From: Stegostoma tigrinum
Taxonomy: Eukaryota
Direction: 5' to 3'
Assembly: GCF_030684315.1 (NCBI RefSeq)
Contig: NC_081387.1
Coordinates: 16,337,409 to 16,401,408, forward strand
Length of the DNA: 64,000 nucleotides
The notes beneath the pieces are model-generated. The model had not been told where the DNA came from. It saw only the letters and a list, made by a program, of their open reading frames with translations, and ran no database searches. A program made the translations under genes and the position numbers. Shown one piece after another: positions 13,701 to 27,049 of this stretch. The stretch's first letter is position 1, and each line of letters starts with the position of its first letter.

Positions 13701-14544
13701 AAGGACTTACAACTTATAACTATGTCAGATTAATCAGAAGAAAATGGTGGCATTCCTACTTCTGGGTCAGAAGATCTGCATTTAAATGCCAGTTAAGGAT
13801 ATATTGATCATGGAGGTGTATCCTCCAAACAGGTTAATTTATGAATAATCATACAATGGACCTGAATGTTGTCTTCAGCAGAGCCTTGCTCGATAAAAGA
13901 CTGAGGTGATGCAAGGACTAGGTGTATGCAGCCGCAGCCCCAGAGGGACTGCTCAATTTGAATGACTTCCCTGTGGGTCCGACCCTGGCCAAGGTGCACA
14001 TTCACAGGGCTAGTCAATAGGTTACAGTGGGGGGTTATTAGACCTGATAGACTGCTCATGGCAGTCCTGTGCAACCAAAGATTGAGTAGGTCTAATCTGA
14101 GGAGGCTGTGTGATGTTTATGCACAGACTGTAGCCCCTCTTTTGTGACTCTGATCTGGGGTAGCAAATAAAGTCTACCTGAGAGTTAAGCTTTCCGATTA
14201 AAAGTTCTGGGTGAATATGATTGGGCATTATTGATTTTCTCCTTATGCTGGGACCAGGGTAGAGGGGGGAGGTGCGTGGTGGGCGAAATTGGTGTTCCCA
14301 AGTCTGTTTCCCACATTCCATGATGAGTGCAAGACAGAACATTTCAACTTAGTCCCTTCTTTTAGCAATATTTCTGTTCTGTCCTATCAAGCAATTACAA
14401 ATGGTTTACAGCAAATTTCCACAATTGGGTGATGGGTCCAGGTTGACCAGAATGTAACGAAACTGCACCTCTCCCACTTTGTTTTACCTTTGGAATGTGA
14501 CATAATAAGAAGCTGCATTTCTCAGTGGATTTAAGTTAAGCCAC

Positions 14545-15025
14545 ATTTGGAATAGTGTGTGCAGTTCTGGTCTCCCTGCTATAGGAAGGGTATTGTGAAA
14601 TTTGAAAGGGTTCAGTAAAAAATTTCCAGGATGTTGTCAGGGTTGGAGCATTTGAGAGTGTTGAATATGCTGGGGCTGTTTTCTCTGGAGCATGAGAGGC
14701 TGAGGGGTGTCCTTCTAGAAGTTTATAAAATCATGAGTCGAAAACTAGAGGGAACAAGTTTAAGGTGAGATGAGTAAAATTTAAAAGGGACCTAAGGGGC
14801 AACTTTTTCTGACAGAGGGTGGTGTGTGTGTGGAATGAGCTGCCAGAGAAAGTGGTAGAGGCTGGTACAATTACAACATTTAAAAGGCATCTGGATGGGT
14901 ATATGAATAAAAGGGTTTAGAGAGATATGGTCCAAATGCTGGCAAATGGAACTAGATTTATTTCAGATATCTGGTCAGCATGGAAGAGTTGGACTGTAGG
15001 GTCTGTTTCCATGCTGTGCATGTCT
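14545..15025 (+). mobile_element. CR1 LINE 3' fragment
   Basis: gtgcagttctggtctccc ... cagagggtggtgtgtgtgtggaatgagctgccaga (FTQRVV..WNELP) plus 3' UTR. Confidence 0.85.
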
Positions 15026-15598
15026 AGGAATCTAGGGAACTCTATGTAATGTAATAATAATAATGAACTGGCTGGGAATGTGCAGAGCATTGAATGTTTA
15101 TTGGAATACTGAAGGTTGACAGGGCTATGGTGAAAAAGCAGGAGATTGTCACAAGGAGTAGAAGTGGTGTAGGCGTGATGGGCCAAATGACCTCCTTCTA
15201 TGATCCTGCCTTACCATAAGGTGTAGGAGCGGAAGCAGGCCATTTGGCCCAATAAGGCTGCTCTGCCATTCAGTGAGATCATGGCTGATCTGCTGTCCTT
15301 GTTAGAAAGAAACATCTTCAATTGTTTCAGATTGCCAGCAAATCTGTGACCATGCTGCTATTATGAAGGCCAGAAAGGACTCCCATATCTCATTCCTGCA
15401 TTTCCAATTGCTCTAAGCATCCGACTTTGCACGTGATACCTTGCTGTGTACGCATTGGCAGTTGATTTTCCTACATGACAGCAGAGGCTGTATTTCTTTG
15501 ATTGTAAAGTGCTTTGTGAATCTCTGGAGTTGAAAGTTACTGTATAAGCGGAAGTGGGTTGATTAAAGAAAAAATCTTGAGTTTTTGTCTTTCTTCAG

Positions 15599-15855
15599 AT
15601 CCTCTCCCCACAACCATCATTTTCAGTAACTGCAGCCTCGAGCACCACACGGTAATGCTGAACTGCGTGGTGCAGAGGGGAAGGGCCCATTCTGTTCAGT
15701 GGACCAGAGCGGGACTGGTACTCCCGGTTGGCTGTCGGAGGACAACAGAACTTTATTCATTTGGAGCGCTCGGAAGTCGGACTCTGGTTATTATACAGGC
15801 GCTGTTGTAAACCCAGTCAGCCAAAACAGCACCACCTACCAACTATCTATTAAGA
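15599..15855 (+). pseudogene. Ig C2-set exon with a frameshift and loss of the F-strand cysteine
   Basis: Acceptor ttcttcag|at and donor aaga|gtaagt. 257 nt, not a multiple of 3. Frame 1 gives DPLPTTIIFSNCSLEHHTVMLNCVVQRGRAHSVQWTRAG. The shifted frame gives WLSEDNRTLFIWSARKSDSGYYTGAVVNPVSQNSTTYQLSIK, with YTG where YxC is expected. Confidence 0.85.
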
Positions 15856-16151
15856 GTAAGTTTGTCAAGCTTACATGAAATTGTGGTGTCTACAACACAT
15901 GAAGTAGCCATTTTTACCTTTACTCCTCATCATTGTATCTTCATGTACAATATCCTAACTCTCAAACATCAGTGTAACTGAGCCACAACTGTGATTGGAG
16001 TCTTTCTGCATGAAGAAAGAGGACACTGCACTTACTTGAAATGGCCACAGAACGTTGCACAAATCTCTATAAATTTGTAACTGATGAAAGGTATTGTTTT
16101 CTGTAAAGATTTAATCAAAAAGACAATCTTTTTCATTTTTTTTCTCGGTAG

Positions 16152-16234
16152 ATTAGGGACCTAATTCCAGAGCTCAATTTGCATCGGTTCCAGCCATTGT
16201 TGTGTTTGGCTATGCTCCGATGCGTAATTGCATG
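16152..16234 (+). pseudogene. Probable decayed transmembrane exon of the + strand Ig gene
   Basis: Long pyrimidine tract then ggtag| acceptor, and catg|gtgagt donor. Hydrophobic pieces FASVPAIVV and LAMLRCVIAW lie in two frames, and there is an in-frame TAG at the second codon. Confidence 0.4.
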
Positions 16235-17849
16235 GTGAGTCCCCCTCTAGTCCACTGAACAGAATGGGCCCTTCCCCTCTGTACCACGCAGTTCATGGTG
16301 AGTATTTGATCATTCAATTAGGATGAAAGGTGGAAATTGTCGGAAATTCAACGCCGAAACATAAGTGTAAGGAAGAAAGATTATCATACAAGAAATAAGT
16401 GAGATAGCAAGAAAAAGAACTTGCACAATATTTTTTAAATGCTAAAAGATTGGGTGGCTTTATACTTGGATTCCAGGAAATTAACGTAAATGCAGAAATA
16501 ATTCAGGAAGACAAATGATATGTTAACCTGGAATACCAAGAGATTCATAGTTATAAAATGATAGTGGCTTCAGTACAGAAAAGTAGTTTATCCCATGTTG
16601 GCTCTCTACAACAGTAATTCAGTTCGTTCCACTTCCTTAAAATCTGGAACATTGATTCATTCATGTGTTTAATTAATCTCCTTTTGAAAACTGATGATTG
16701 GGTACTAATCAACGAACCCTACAGGCAATCCATTCCACATTATAACTGAGAAAAATGCAGTTTGCATGTTGCCATTTCATTTGCTAATTGCCTTAAAGTT
16801 TCTTAAGCCATCCATGAACAGAAATAGTTTCTCCCATTTTGCTCTGTCTAGACCTGCCTTTTAAATACCGCTATCAAATCTCCGCTTTGGTGTAAGAATA
16901 ACTCAATCTCTGCAAATTGTCAGTAAAACCAAAATACTCATTCCTGAAATATTTTCTTCACTAAAGCCTTCTCTACCTTCTTTCTAAAGAAAGGTGCCCG
17001 GAGTTTAGTGCAATGCTCTAGTTAAGCTTAAACATTTCATATAATAAAGTTCCAGCTTGCCTTCCTTTTGTAATTTATGTCTCAACTTATAAAATCTCAC
17101 TTTGACCACTTTCTCAACATTCTTTAATGATCGGTACACATGTACCCCACCCTCCAGGGTCTCATTGATCTTGCAAATCATTAAGAACTCCAGTCTTTGG
17201 TTTATATCTAGTATTTTGCTTAGGGTATATCAAGTTACACTTCTCTGCATGAAATCTTATCCATCACGCATTTGTCTATTCCACCAGTCTTCATTTCTAT
17301 TGCCAACTCTTACTTTCTATAGCTGTAACAATAAGTTTGTATCATCTGCAAATTGTGCCAAATGCCCCTTCAGCCATTATTAATGTCTACCGCTGGAAAA
17401 CCATCGTCTTAAAACCATTTTCAAACAAAAATGTGACGTTGCAACTTTTTAACCCTCTGAAGTTCACAGTATCTCTAAGCACTATTACATAATTATGCAG
17501 CACCCATGCAGTTTCCATTCTTATTCCCTCAGTATCTCATCTAGGTTTGGTGTCATAACAGCGTTTAATATTAGCGGGTTTGTCTAGTACCCCCAATTTG
17601 TCAATTTTTCACGCATTCAGTATTTGTGCTACCTCCTCCCTTACTGGGATAGTTTGTTTTTCACGATACCATCATTAAATGGATTTAAACTATTTTTTTT
17701 AAAGATTTGATGACAGGCGTTAACAATGTAGGAGTTACAATCAGATGATTGTGCTCTTAATCCCCTGATACAGTTCACTAGAAACATGACTTCTGTTCCT
17801 CATAACCAAACACCCCTCACCAGTCCACCCCCCCCGAAGACCAAGCAGC

Positions 17850-18135
17850 AGGGGACGGTCAGATGTTAGTACTGCTGTCTCACAGCACTACGGGCCTAGG
17901 TTCGATTCCTCCCTGGAGTGACTGTGCGGAGCTTGTTCATTCTGACCATGTCTGCGTGCTCTGGTTTGCTCCCATGGTCCAAGGATGTGCGGGTTAGGTG
18001 AATTGGCAATGCTCGAGTGCCTGCAGTAACCAGGGATGTAGAAATTCGGGGTCAATGCGCTGATGGCGGTACGCTGTTCGGAGATTTGGTGCGAGCTCGA
18101 TGGGCTGGATGGCCTGCTTCCGCGCTGTCGCATCT
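17850..18135 (+). mobile_element. tRNA-derived SINE
   Basis: gttagtactgctgtctcacagc..ggttcgattcc head and gatgtgcgggttaggtgaattggc core. Confidence 0.7.
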
Positions 18136-19654
18136 TATGTCACAGAGAGGTCACACCCAGCCACACCCCGGTCTGTTCCCAAGTCTACATAATTGCCATG
18201 TTGGGCCAAAAACACCTTGAGAACTAGGACATAAGCTGTACAACTAAGGAATAACAATTCACAGAACGTGCTCTATTATTACTAACTTTTCTTCCACGAA
18301 CGTTGAGTCGTGGCTGAGGATGGGAAACTGAATCTGCAACCTCTCAATCTCCGTCCTAAACTACTGCTCCATCTGAGCGGAAATTTAACATAATTCCCGA
18401 AGTTTAGCTAACAGATGTTTGCCGCATGGCCGTCACAGGAGCGGAGCCGAATGAGGCCGAACTGCCAATTCTCAAGTTGAAGTGGAAGTTTTTGTTTTGG
18501 GTTTACCGTGGAGGTGACCAGATGAGCTCGGTAGTCTCAGGGACGTTTCAGAATTTTGAAAAAAAATCTGCTGCTTTTACGTTACTATGGAAATGTTGAG
18601 ATCTGTCACTTTCGGGGACAACAAAAAAAGCAGTCCCTCCGTTCCCAAGAACTGCTGCATTTGTGAATGTCATTCAATACCATCTCCTCCAGGGCAATTA
18701 GGGAGGGATGTGTAAGAAATGCTGACCCACACCGTGCAGCCCACCTCCTATAGACAGTTTCAAACAATCTGGTCAGGTGGGTTAAGACACACGGCTGGAG
18801 CAGGTCGCCTTGAGCCCAGGGCTACCCTGATCCCGCGGCTCGTAAACACAAAACGCTGTTCGAAAAGACCCCAGCGCTGCGGTTATCCACATCTCGGACA
18901 CGCACTAGTTCAGACTTTACTCCAAGATTTAACCTCAGGGAGGGTTTCCATGAGAGAATGTTCATTGGGGCCGGGGTAGGGTGAGAGGATTCTCCGGGAA
19001 CACGCTAAACTTGAAGGCAAGATTTCCCCTGTAAATCCCATCCAATGCTACTCGCGAGCCAGTGTGTGAGGTGAGGATCGAGGATAAATTGAAGACGAAA
19101 TATAGTCGATTGCATGGTCTAAATTTATTGCAATATCAGTCTGGCAGTGTCTGAGTATCTTCTGAAGTTGTTCGGTCCCAACAACTCTCGAAATAATTGG
19201 AACTGTACGACCTCCCTGGGACACCAGCGTCTCCAGGTGAAGCTTATGTCATCTTGTCCCAGAGTCTCTGTCCCAGGCAGCAGAGCACACAGGCTCCAGG
19301 CAAACGGATCTCTCTGCTATTCCTCAGCCGCTTAGCGGGTGGGGGCGTGTAACAGGAATGTTCACGGTTCAGAGCGGACTGGCATCATTCCTTACCAATT
19401 CCCTCGGGAACACGCCGCTTGCTTCCCAGACGGCAGCGGAGTGCAGCTCCGTCATGTCTCTCCAGAAGCGAAGAGCAGCCAGGTGACGGCAGATTGTAAA
19501 CTCTTATCTGTCTGGTTGTGGACTGTTAAAGTCACATTCCCCTTTAGTAGCTCTGTCCACAGCGCCTGTATGAACTGCCGTCGATACACACCACTGTCAC
19601 TGGCCTGTAAATCCCGCAGACACAACGATCCAGGTTCTGGATCGAGGTGAGCTC

Positions 19655-20260
19655 GATAAGACCAGGAGCCGAAATTAGGCCAGTCGGCCCATCGAGTCTG
19701 CTCCGCCAATCAATTTTGGCTGATAACTTTCTCAATCCCATTCTCCCGCTTTCTCTCTGTATCTCTTGATTCCCTGCAACAATCAAAAACCTGCCCATCT
19801 CTGTCTTAAATATACTCAATGACCTGGCCTCCACAGCTTTCTGTGATAATGAATCCCATAGATTCACCACTCTCAGGCTGAAGACGTTTGTCCTTGTCTC
19901 CGTTTTAGAGGTTCTTGCCTTTCCTCTAAGGCTGTGTCCTTGAGGCCTAGTCTCTCCTGCTAGTGGAAATATCTTCCAATGTATGTTCTGTCCGGGCTGT
20001 TCAGTATTCTAAGACAATAAAATGTAAGGCTGGGTGAACACAGCAGGCCCAGCAGCATCTCAGGAGCACTGCTGGGCCTGCTGTGTTCATCCAGCCTCAC
20101 AGTTTATTGTCTTGGATTCTCCAGCATCTGCAGTTCCCATTGTCACTGTTCAGTATTCTGTAAGTTTCAATTAGATTCTCCCCTCATTCTTTGCATTCTT
20201 CTCATCCAATATAGACCCAGAGTCCTCAAACATTCCTCATATGTTAAGCTTTTCATTCCT
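19655..20260 (-). mobile_element. CR1-like 3' fragment containing a Penelope-derived inverted insertion (20011-20145)
   Basis: Translates as VVNLWDSLSQKAVEARSLSIFKTE. The inner insertion is flanked by a ctgttcagtattct duplication. Confidence 0.8.
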
Positions 20261-20271
20261 GGCTGTTCTGG

Positions 20272-21060
20272 GCTACAAATGGACATTGATAGGATGCAGA
20301 GCTGGGCTGAGAAGTGGCAGATGGAGTTTAATCCTGAAAAGTGTGAGGTGATTCATTTTGGAAGGACAAACTTGAAAGCAGAATACAAGGTTAACTGAAA
20401 GATTCTTGGCAGTGTGGAGGAGCAGAGGGATATTGGGGTTCATGTCCACAGTTCCCTGAAAGCTGTCACCCAGGTGGATAGAGTTGTAAAGAAGGCATAT
20501 GTTGTGTTTGCTTATATTAATAGAGGGATTGAGTTCAACTGCCGTGAAGTTATGCTCCAGCTGTACAAAACACTGGTTTGGCCACATCAGGAATATTGTG
20601 TCCAGTTCTCATTGCCTCATTGCGGGAAGGATAGGGAAACATTGGAAAAGATGCTGAGGAGATTTACCAGGATGTTGCCTGGAATGGAGAGAAGGTCTTA
20701 CCAGGAAAAATTGAGAGAAACAAGGCTTTTCTCTTTAGAATGACAAAGGATGAAAGGTGTACAAAATAATCAGAGCTATAGATGGAGTGGACAGCCAGAG
20801 ACGTTTTCCTAGGGTGGAGGTAGCTATTATGAGGGAGCATAGTTTTAAAGTGAGTGGAGGTAGATATAGGGGAGACTTCAGAGGTAGGTTCTTTACTCAG
20901 AGAGTGGTAGGGGCGTGGAATACATTGCCAGAGAGGGTAGTGGAATCGCCCTCATTAGGGGCATTTAAACGGCTATTAGATAGGCATATGGACCTTAGGT
21001 TTAGGATATAAGTTCGGCACAACTTTCGTGGGCCGAAGGGCCTGTACAGTGCTGTTCTAT
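20272..21060 (+). mobile_element. CR1 LINE 3' fragment (RT C-terminal region plus UTR)
   Basis: EEQRDIGVHVHSSLK, LYKTLVWPHQEYCVQF and FFTQRVVGAWNTLP. Confidence 0.92.
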
Positions 21061-22214
21061 GGATCCTTAAATTGGAGGAGGGTGTGCGTGTGGAATAGGA
21101 GACAGAGTGATTGACAGACTGGTTAACTGTCCCGTACACTTCTCTCTGAGAGACACTCAGGGAAATAGCATGGCTTCCATAGGGCTGCAATAAGATCAGT
21201 AACAACATCAGTATCGGAAAGGGATTGGGCACTTTAAATATTCCTGATCAAGTTCTCCACACGGGGCGGAGCAGTTGGGGGAATTGTTTGAAATCGCGTA
21301 ACGCTGTGAGCAGCAGTGGGAAGGTTAACATGAACACAACAGCCGGTTAACATCAAATTAGAAAACCGTGCGAAATACAGGGAGGCCGTTCGGCCCCATG
21401 CTGCGAGACGGCGCCATGTGTAGGTGGTCCCCACTAGTCCCGATCTCCCGCTCTGTTTCCTCCTTATGTCATGTTTAATCTTGATTCCCTTCCACTTTGG
21501 AAGTGTCTGCTGGCTTTGCTTCAACAGCGATCCTTTTTAAATTGAATTAGGAACATGGGACACTTTAATAGTTTCATAAATCCTAATTAATCCACCTCCC
21601 CACTCAGCCCCGCCACAAAAACGAAATCTGGGAGAATGGTCAAGGGAAATTCGAGGAAAATAGCATCGGTGCATCTAAGGGGCTAGGTGGGGGTGGGTTT
21701 GGTTGTGACCCCTTATATAAACGATCTTTAGCTAAAGTGAGTGTGTGGCGGGGCCTGAAGTATCGTTTCCGAGGTCATTTCCGAGCCAACCTGTTTTTTT
21801 TTTAAATCCTATTTTCTAGTTACTGTGTTCGGAGATATTATAACACAGCTTGAACCTGAGGTCACCTACTCCAGAGGTGGGGACACCACCACTTAACGGA
21901 GACGGCAAAAGCCCAGGAACAGAAAGAGGAGCTGTATTGTCCGGCACGCGGTTACCCAGAGCCGGAATATGACAGCCAAAGGAACTGGCTCAGATAACAA
22001 TCTCCTTCTGAAATTGGGCAGGATTGAATGTGCATCCGAAGTGAACGGGGCGATGTGGCTAAATTATTTCGCAAACAATTCAACGTTTAGAAATCAATCA
22101 TCTTTAATAAAGGAGTGTGGAAGTCAAGCCAGCCCGAGTGATAAATTTAATCTTCAGCCGACACATTTTGCAGAAAACATGCAAATGGCGATTGTTGAGG
22201 TCTGAGTCAAAGGT

Positions 22215-23545
22215 TGTAGTGTCATGCAGCACAGACTCTTGGTCCAACCAGTCCGTGCCGATCATAAACCCAAACTAAACTAGTCCCGCCTCCTGCATTT
22301 GGCCCACATCCCTCCTAATCTTCCGTCTTCAAGTACTTATCCCAATGTCTTTTCAACTTTGTACCCGCATCCATCACTTCCTCTAAACGTTCATTCCACA
22401 CTCTAGCCACTCTGTGTAAAAGAGTTGTCCTTTATGTTTGTTTTTTAAATCTTTCTCCTCTCACCTTAAAAATGCCCCCTAGTTTTTAAATCCCCCCCCC
22501 CTCAACGAGGGAAAAGACCCCCATCATTCTCCTTAGCTCATGCTTTTACAAACTTCTATAACGCCTATGCCAATCTCCTACACTCCAGTGAGAAAGGTCA
22601 CAGACTATCCAGCCTCTCCTTGTAACTCAAACCCTCCATTCCCGGTAACATTCTGGTAAATCTTTTCTGAAGCCTGTCCAGCTTATTAGCGTACTCCTAT
22701 AACAGGGTGACCAGAACGGGACTCAGTACTCCAGAAGAGTCCTCACCAATATCCTGTAAAAGCTCATCATGAACTCTGATATCAAAGTTGAAGGGAAGCA
22801 TGTTGATCACCTTCTTAACCATCCTGTCTATATGTGACACAAATTTCGAAGAACTATGTACCTGAAGCTTGAGGTGTCTTGTTCTACAACCCCACCCATG
22901 GCCTACCTTAAATATATAAATTCTGTCCTCATTTGTTTCATCAAAATGCAATACCTAGCATTTATCCAAATTAAATTCAATCTGGTACTTCTCAGTCCAT
23001 TGATTCAATTGATCAAGATATCTTTGTAATCTTAGATAACCTTCTTCACTGTACACTATACCACACAAACTTATGAGCCATGTATTTGATATTCTCATCT
23101 AAATTATTTATATATATGACAACAAAAGTGCACTCAACACTGATCCCTAAGGAACAGGACTGTGAGTAAGCCTCCAGACCAGAAAACAATACTCACATCA
23201 TGCTCTATCTCCTGCCACTATGTGAAGTTTGTATCCAATTGGCAAGCTCAACCTGAATCCCATGTACTAATTAGTCCACCATGTTGAATCTTCCCAAAGG
23301 CTTTACTTAATTTCAAGTAAACAATGTCTACTGGTCTGCCATCATCCTTTTTTAGAACATTGAACATTGAACATAACAGCACAGTACAGGCCCTTCGGCC
23401 CTCGATGTTGTGCCGACCTGTCATACCGATCTCAAGCCCACCTAACCTATACTATTCCATGTGCGTCCATATGCTTGTCCAATGACGACTTAAATGTACC
23501 TAAAGTTGGCGAATCTACTACCGTTGTAGGCAAAGCGTTCCATTC
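22215..23545 (-). mobile_element. CR1 LINE fragments (older copy plus a younger 3' end at ~23352-23545)
   Basis: Reverse-strand CR1 RT remnants and a (GAACATT)-type tail followed by cagtacaggcccttcggccc. Confidence 0.8.
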
Positions 23546-23997
23546 CATTCTATATTGCAGTCTTCCCACTGTCACATTTTTATTGAAAACAAATTTCATG
23601 TTTCTCTTCTATTCCCTCACAGCATTCACTTTTGCGTTAGTTTTATTTCTTCTTTGCCTGCAACATACCACTAATGCCTGATCAAAATTAGCAGAAATAC
23701 TGAGTACAATCTATCACTCTCAGGAAGTCAAGGAGTGACAGCCTGATACAGACAAATCTGCCCTTTTCCAAAGGAGTAAGCACAGATAACCCTGATGATT
23801 TCAGACTCATTAAATAACTGTCAGTGATTAGAAAACAAACTTAAATCAACTGTTAAAGATATCTGTATGAGAATAACTCAGTATCAGCGAACAACTTGGG
23901 GGGCAAAAAAAATGGATAGGTCGGACAATCTGGGCTTGTTTCTATTAGAATTTTGAGCAGAGTGACCTGATTAAAGAACTTAAGATTCTGAATAGTC

Positions 23998-25320
23998 TTC
24001 TACTTGGTTACACAATTTCCCTCACACAAAACCATGCTGATTATCCTAATCAGTCCTTGCCTTTCCAAATGCCAATAAATTCTATCTCTCAGAATCACCT
24101 CCAATAACTTACTCACCACTACTGTCAGACTCACAGGTCTGTAGTTGCCAGCCTTCAAATTACATCCCTTCTGAAGGAAGGGCACAGCATTAGACACTCA
24201 CCAATAATCCAGCACCTCGCTTCACAGTTATAGATGGCACAAATATTTCAACAATGGACCCTACAATTTCTTGCCCAAGCTCCCACAATGTTCTGGGATA
24301 CATTAGATCAGGTCCCAGAGATCTGTCTCCCTTTAGTTACATTTAAGTCGTCATTGGATAAGCATATGGACGTACATGGAATAGTGTAGGATAGATGGGC
24401 TTCAGATTGGTATGACAGATCGGCGCAACATTGAGGGCCGAAGGGCCTGTACTGTGCTGTAATGTTCTATGTTCGATGTTTATATTTTCTAAGGCCTCCA
24501 GCAATTCCTCTTCTGTAATGTGAACTGTTTTCAAAACATCAATATTTATTTTCCTGTGTTCTCTGGCCTGTACTTCTTCTTCCACAATAAAAACTGATGT
24601 GAAATTTTCATTACTATCTTTCCTTTTCTGATGTTCAACACAAAGATAGCTTCTTTGATCTTTAAGGGGCCCTATTTCTCTAGTTGCTTTCTTGCTCTTA
24701 ATGTATTTGAAGAATCTCTTTGAATGATCCTTCTCCTTAACTGCCAAAGCTGTCTCATATCTCCTCTTTGGCTTCTGATTTCCCTCTTAAGAATGCCCAT
24801 ACACTCTTTATACTGTTCAAGAGATTCATTTAAACTGCCCATTTCTGAAGGAGGGTCCCGACCGAAACGTCAGCTTTCCTGTTCCTCTGATGCTGCCTGG
24901 CCTGCTTTGTCCCTTCAGCTCCACACTGTGTTACCTCATTTAAACTCAGTTGTCCATATCTATTGTATATATATATTTTTAAAAATTACTGGAACTCTGA
25001 TATCTTCTGAGTCCTTGTTATCACACTTTTGAAAGCCTTCCACTTATCAGAGTCCCTTTACCTGCAAACAGTCTACTCTACTCAACTTCTGAAAGTTCTT
25101 GAAATTTTGGCTTACTCCAATTAAGAACATCGAACTTTTAAGGAAGGCATAGCCTTTCCACAACAATTTTAAAACCAGTAGAATTATGATCACTACACCC
25201 AAAGCACTCGCCTCTTATCACTCCAGTCACTTGCTTGCCTTATTATCCAAGAGATCAAGTTATGTTCCTTCTCTAGTAGGAGTATTAAGTATTGATAAAG
25301 AAAATTTTCTTGAACACATT
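23998..25320 (-). mobile_element. CR1 ORF2 internal fragment with nested short insertions
   Basis: AGNYRPVSLTVVVSKLLEVILRDRIY and KRFFKYIKSKK..IGPLKD. Nested CR1 3' end at 24341-24476 and Penelope end at 24843-24935. Confidence 0.85.
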
Positions 25321-25382
25321 TAATGACTTAACACATTTAACAAAAGGGACAGCGATAAGAACTGAATGTGATGGAGGCTCAC

Positions 25383-25467
25383 GTTTTCCAAATGTCCAAT
25401 CACAAAGCAAGCTCTGCACCCAAATCACAATAACTGTTAGGTTCGATGATCTGTGATCACACAGCAT
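25383..25467 (-). other. Possible leader-like exon
   Basis: MLCDHRSSNLTVIVIWVQSLLCDWTFGK followed by phase-1 donor c|gtgagc, with a TATA-like tttataa ~55 nt upstream. It lies upstream of pseudogene copy A, but the phase does not fit that copy's cag acceptor. Confidence 0.25.
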
Positions 25468-26289
25468 GTCCAAGCAGAGTGGGCAAAGTGAGAGCGGCGT
25501 TGAAACGACACAATCATTGTTATAAAAGTGCAGATCAATATAACGCTTATCTTCTCGCTTTCAAACATCGTCCAAAACAAAAAAAAAACAGACTGAGCTA
25601 CTGCACACTCAGGGTGGGACGGCAGCTCAGTATTCACACTGCTGTCTCACAGCACCAGCGTTCCAGCCTTTGCGTGGCAATTACTCGTTCTCCCCGTTTC
25701 TGCTCTGGCTCTTTCGCGTAGTCCAGATGTGGAAGTTAGGTGGGTTAGCCGTGGGAAATGCTGGGTTACAGGGATATGTCAAGGTGGGATGATTTTCAGA
25801 AGATCAGTACTGACTCGCTGGACCGAACGGCCTTTTCCCAGACTGTAGGGATTCTGTTATTAACGGTTTTGTTGCCTTCCTTTGTTCAGCCACTGAATCA
25901 TCTCTGACTGTTTTTGTACAGACATTAATCCTGCAGTCCCCCCCTGTCACTCAGCCAATGCTCCCCTAATCCCCGCCGAACGGGTTGTATCTGTACTGAG
26001 GTGACAGAAATGGCGCGGAATGATCTCTTGATCCACACACATTGTAGCTCAGTAACTCCGTTCCCAGGCCCTACATTACCGTCTGCGCCTGTATCCCGAA
26101 TTAACCCTGTTCACTCTCAGTAGTGTGTTCACTCCTCCGAGAGAGGATCCCATCTCACTGATTGTAGCTGTACTTACTTTAATGCAGTTGGCAACCGGAT
26201 TCACTCAGTGATGCATTGTTTCCCAAACTATTAGCTGTGGAGCATTCCAAATAGTGCTGGTTTGAGGCTGATGCGCAAGGCTTTACTGT

Positions 26290-26830
26290 ACTTGGGAGCA
26301 ACATGAGAATATAATGCCAGCTGACCCAGTCTCTCTTCACACACCAAGCCTAACATCCCAGGAATCAATTTGGTAAACCTTCGCTCCACTCCCTCCATCG
26401 CCAGAACATCCTTCTTCAGATAAGGAGACCAAAACTGCACATAATACTCCAACACAGTGTAGAGCTGGAAGAGTACAGCAGGCTAGGCAGCATCACAGGA
26501 GCCGGAAAACTGACGTTTTGGGCTGGGACCGTCAGCGTTCCTGCTCCGCTGATGATGCCTGGCCTGCTGTGTTCATCCAGCTCCACACTCACTGTGTTAT
26601 CTCTAACTCTGGCAGCTCTAGTTCTTACTGTCTAATAATACTCCAGGTGTGGTCTCACCAAGGACCTGTACAATTGCAGTAAGACATCCCTGCTCCTGTA
26701 CTCTCGTCCTCTCGCTGTAAAAGCCAACACTTGCCTTCCTCCTCCCCTACCGCTCCTGAACGCTGACTTTTAGCAACTGGTGCACGAGGATACCCAGGTC
26801 TCTTGGCACCTTGCCCTTTTCCAGCTGAGG
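26290..26830 (-). mobile_element. CR1 fragment with nested Penelope-derived insertion (~26452-26635)
   Basis: LEYYVQFWSPYLKKDVLAMEGVERRFTKLIPGM. taatactcca is duplicated around the nested insert. Confidence 0.8.
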
Positions 26831-27026
26831 CCTGACCCGTGACCCCTGGCCATTGGAAATGTACTGGTATGACAGTGTAACCCCAGCATCCCCTTCACGC
26901 CCAGCTGGAGCTTGTCATTAAGCCAGGGGCTTTCACTCACTATGCCTATCTGGAGAGGTGTTCCTGAGGAGAGAGGATTGTCTGATCCGTGAGTATATCT
27001 GTGCGTATCAGCGTGTGCCTCTGTCT

Positions 27027-27049
27027 GTGTGTGTGTGTGTGTGTGTGTG
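27027..27049. repeat. (TG)n microsatellite
   Basis: Direct observation. Confidence 0.9.

Larger units (their letters stand above)
19508..21208 (-). pseudogene. Disrupted copy (A) of the minus-strand single V-domain gene family
   Basis: 5' part 21061-21208 (MLLLILLQPYGSHAISLSVSQREVYGTVNQSV..LRI) and 3' part 19508-19655 (DPEPGSLCLRDLQASDSGVY..KGNVTLTVHNQT) are separated by ~1.4 kb of CR1/Penelope sequence. The central part of the domain is missing and the donor is mutated (G|ataaga versus G|gtaaga in the paralogs). Confidence 0.85.

Noticed and set aside
13808-14342. Overlapping ORFs in a non-CR1 island inside the Ig gene intron
   Set aside because: No recognisable motif or splice architecture. 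It may be an old unrecognised repeat.
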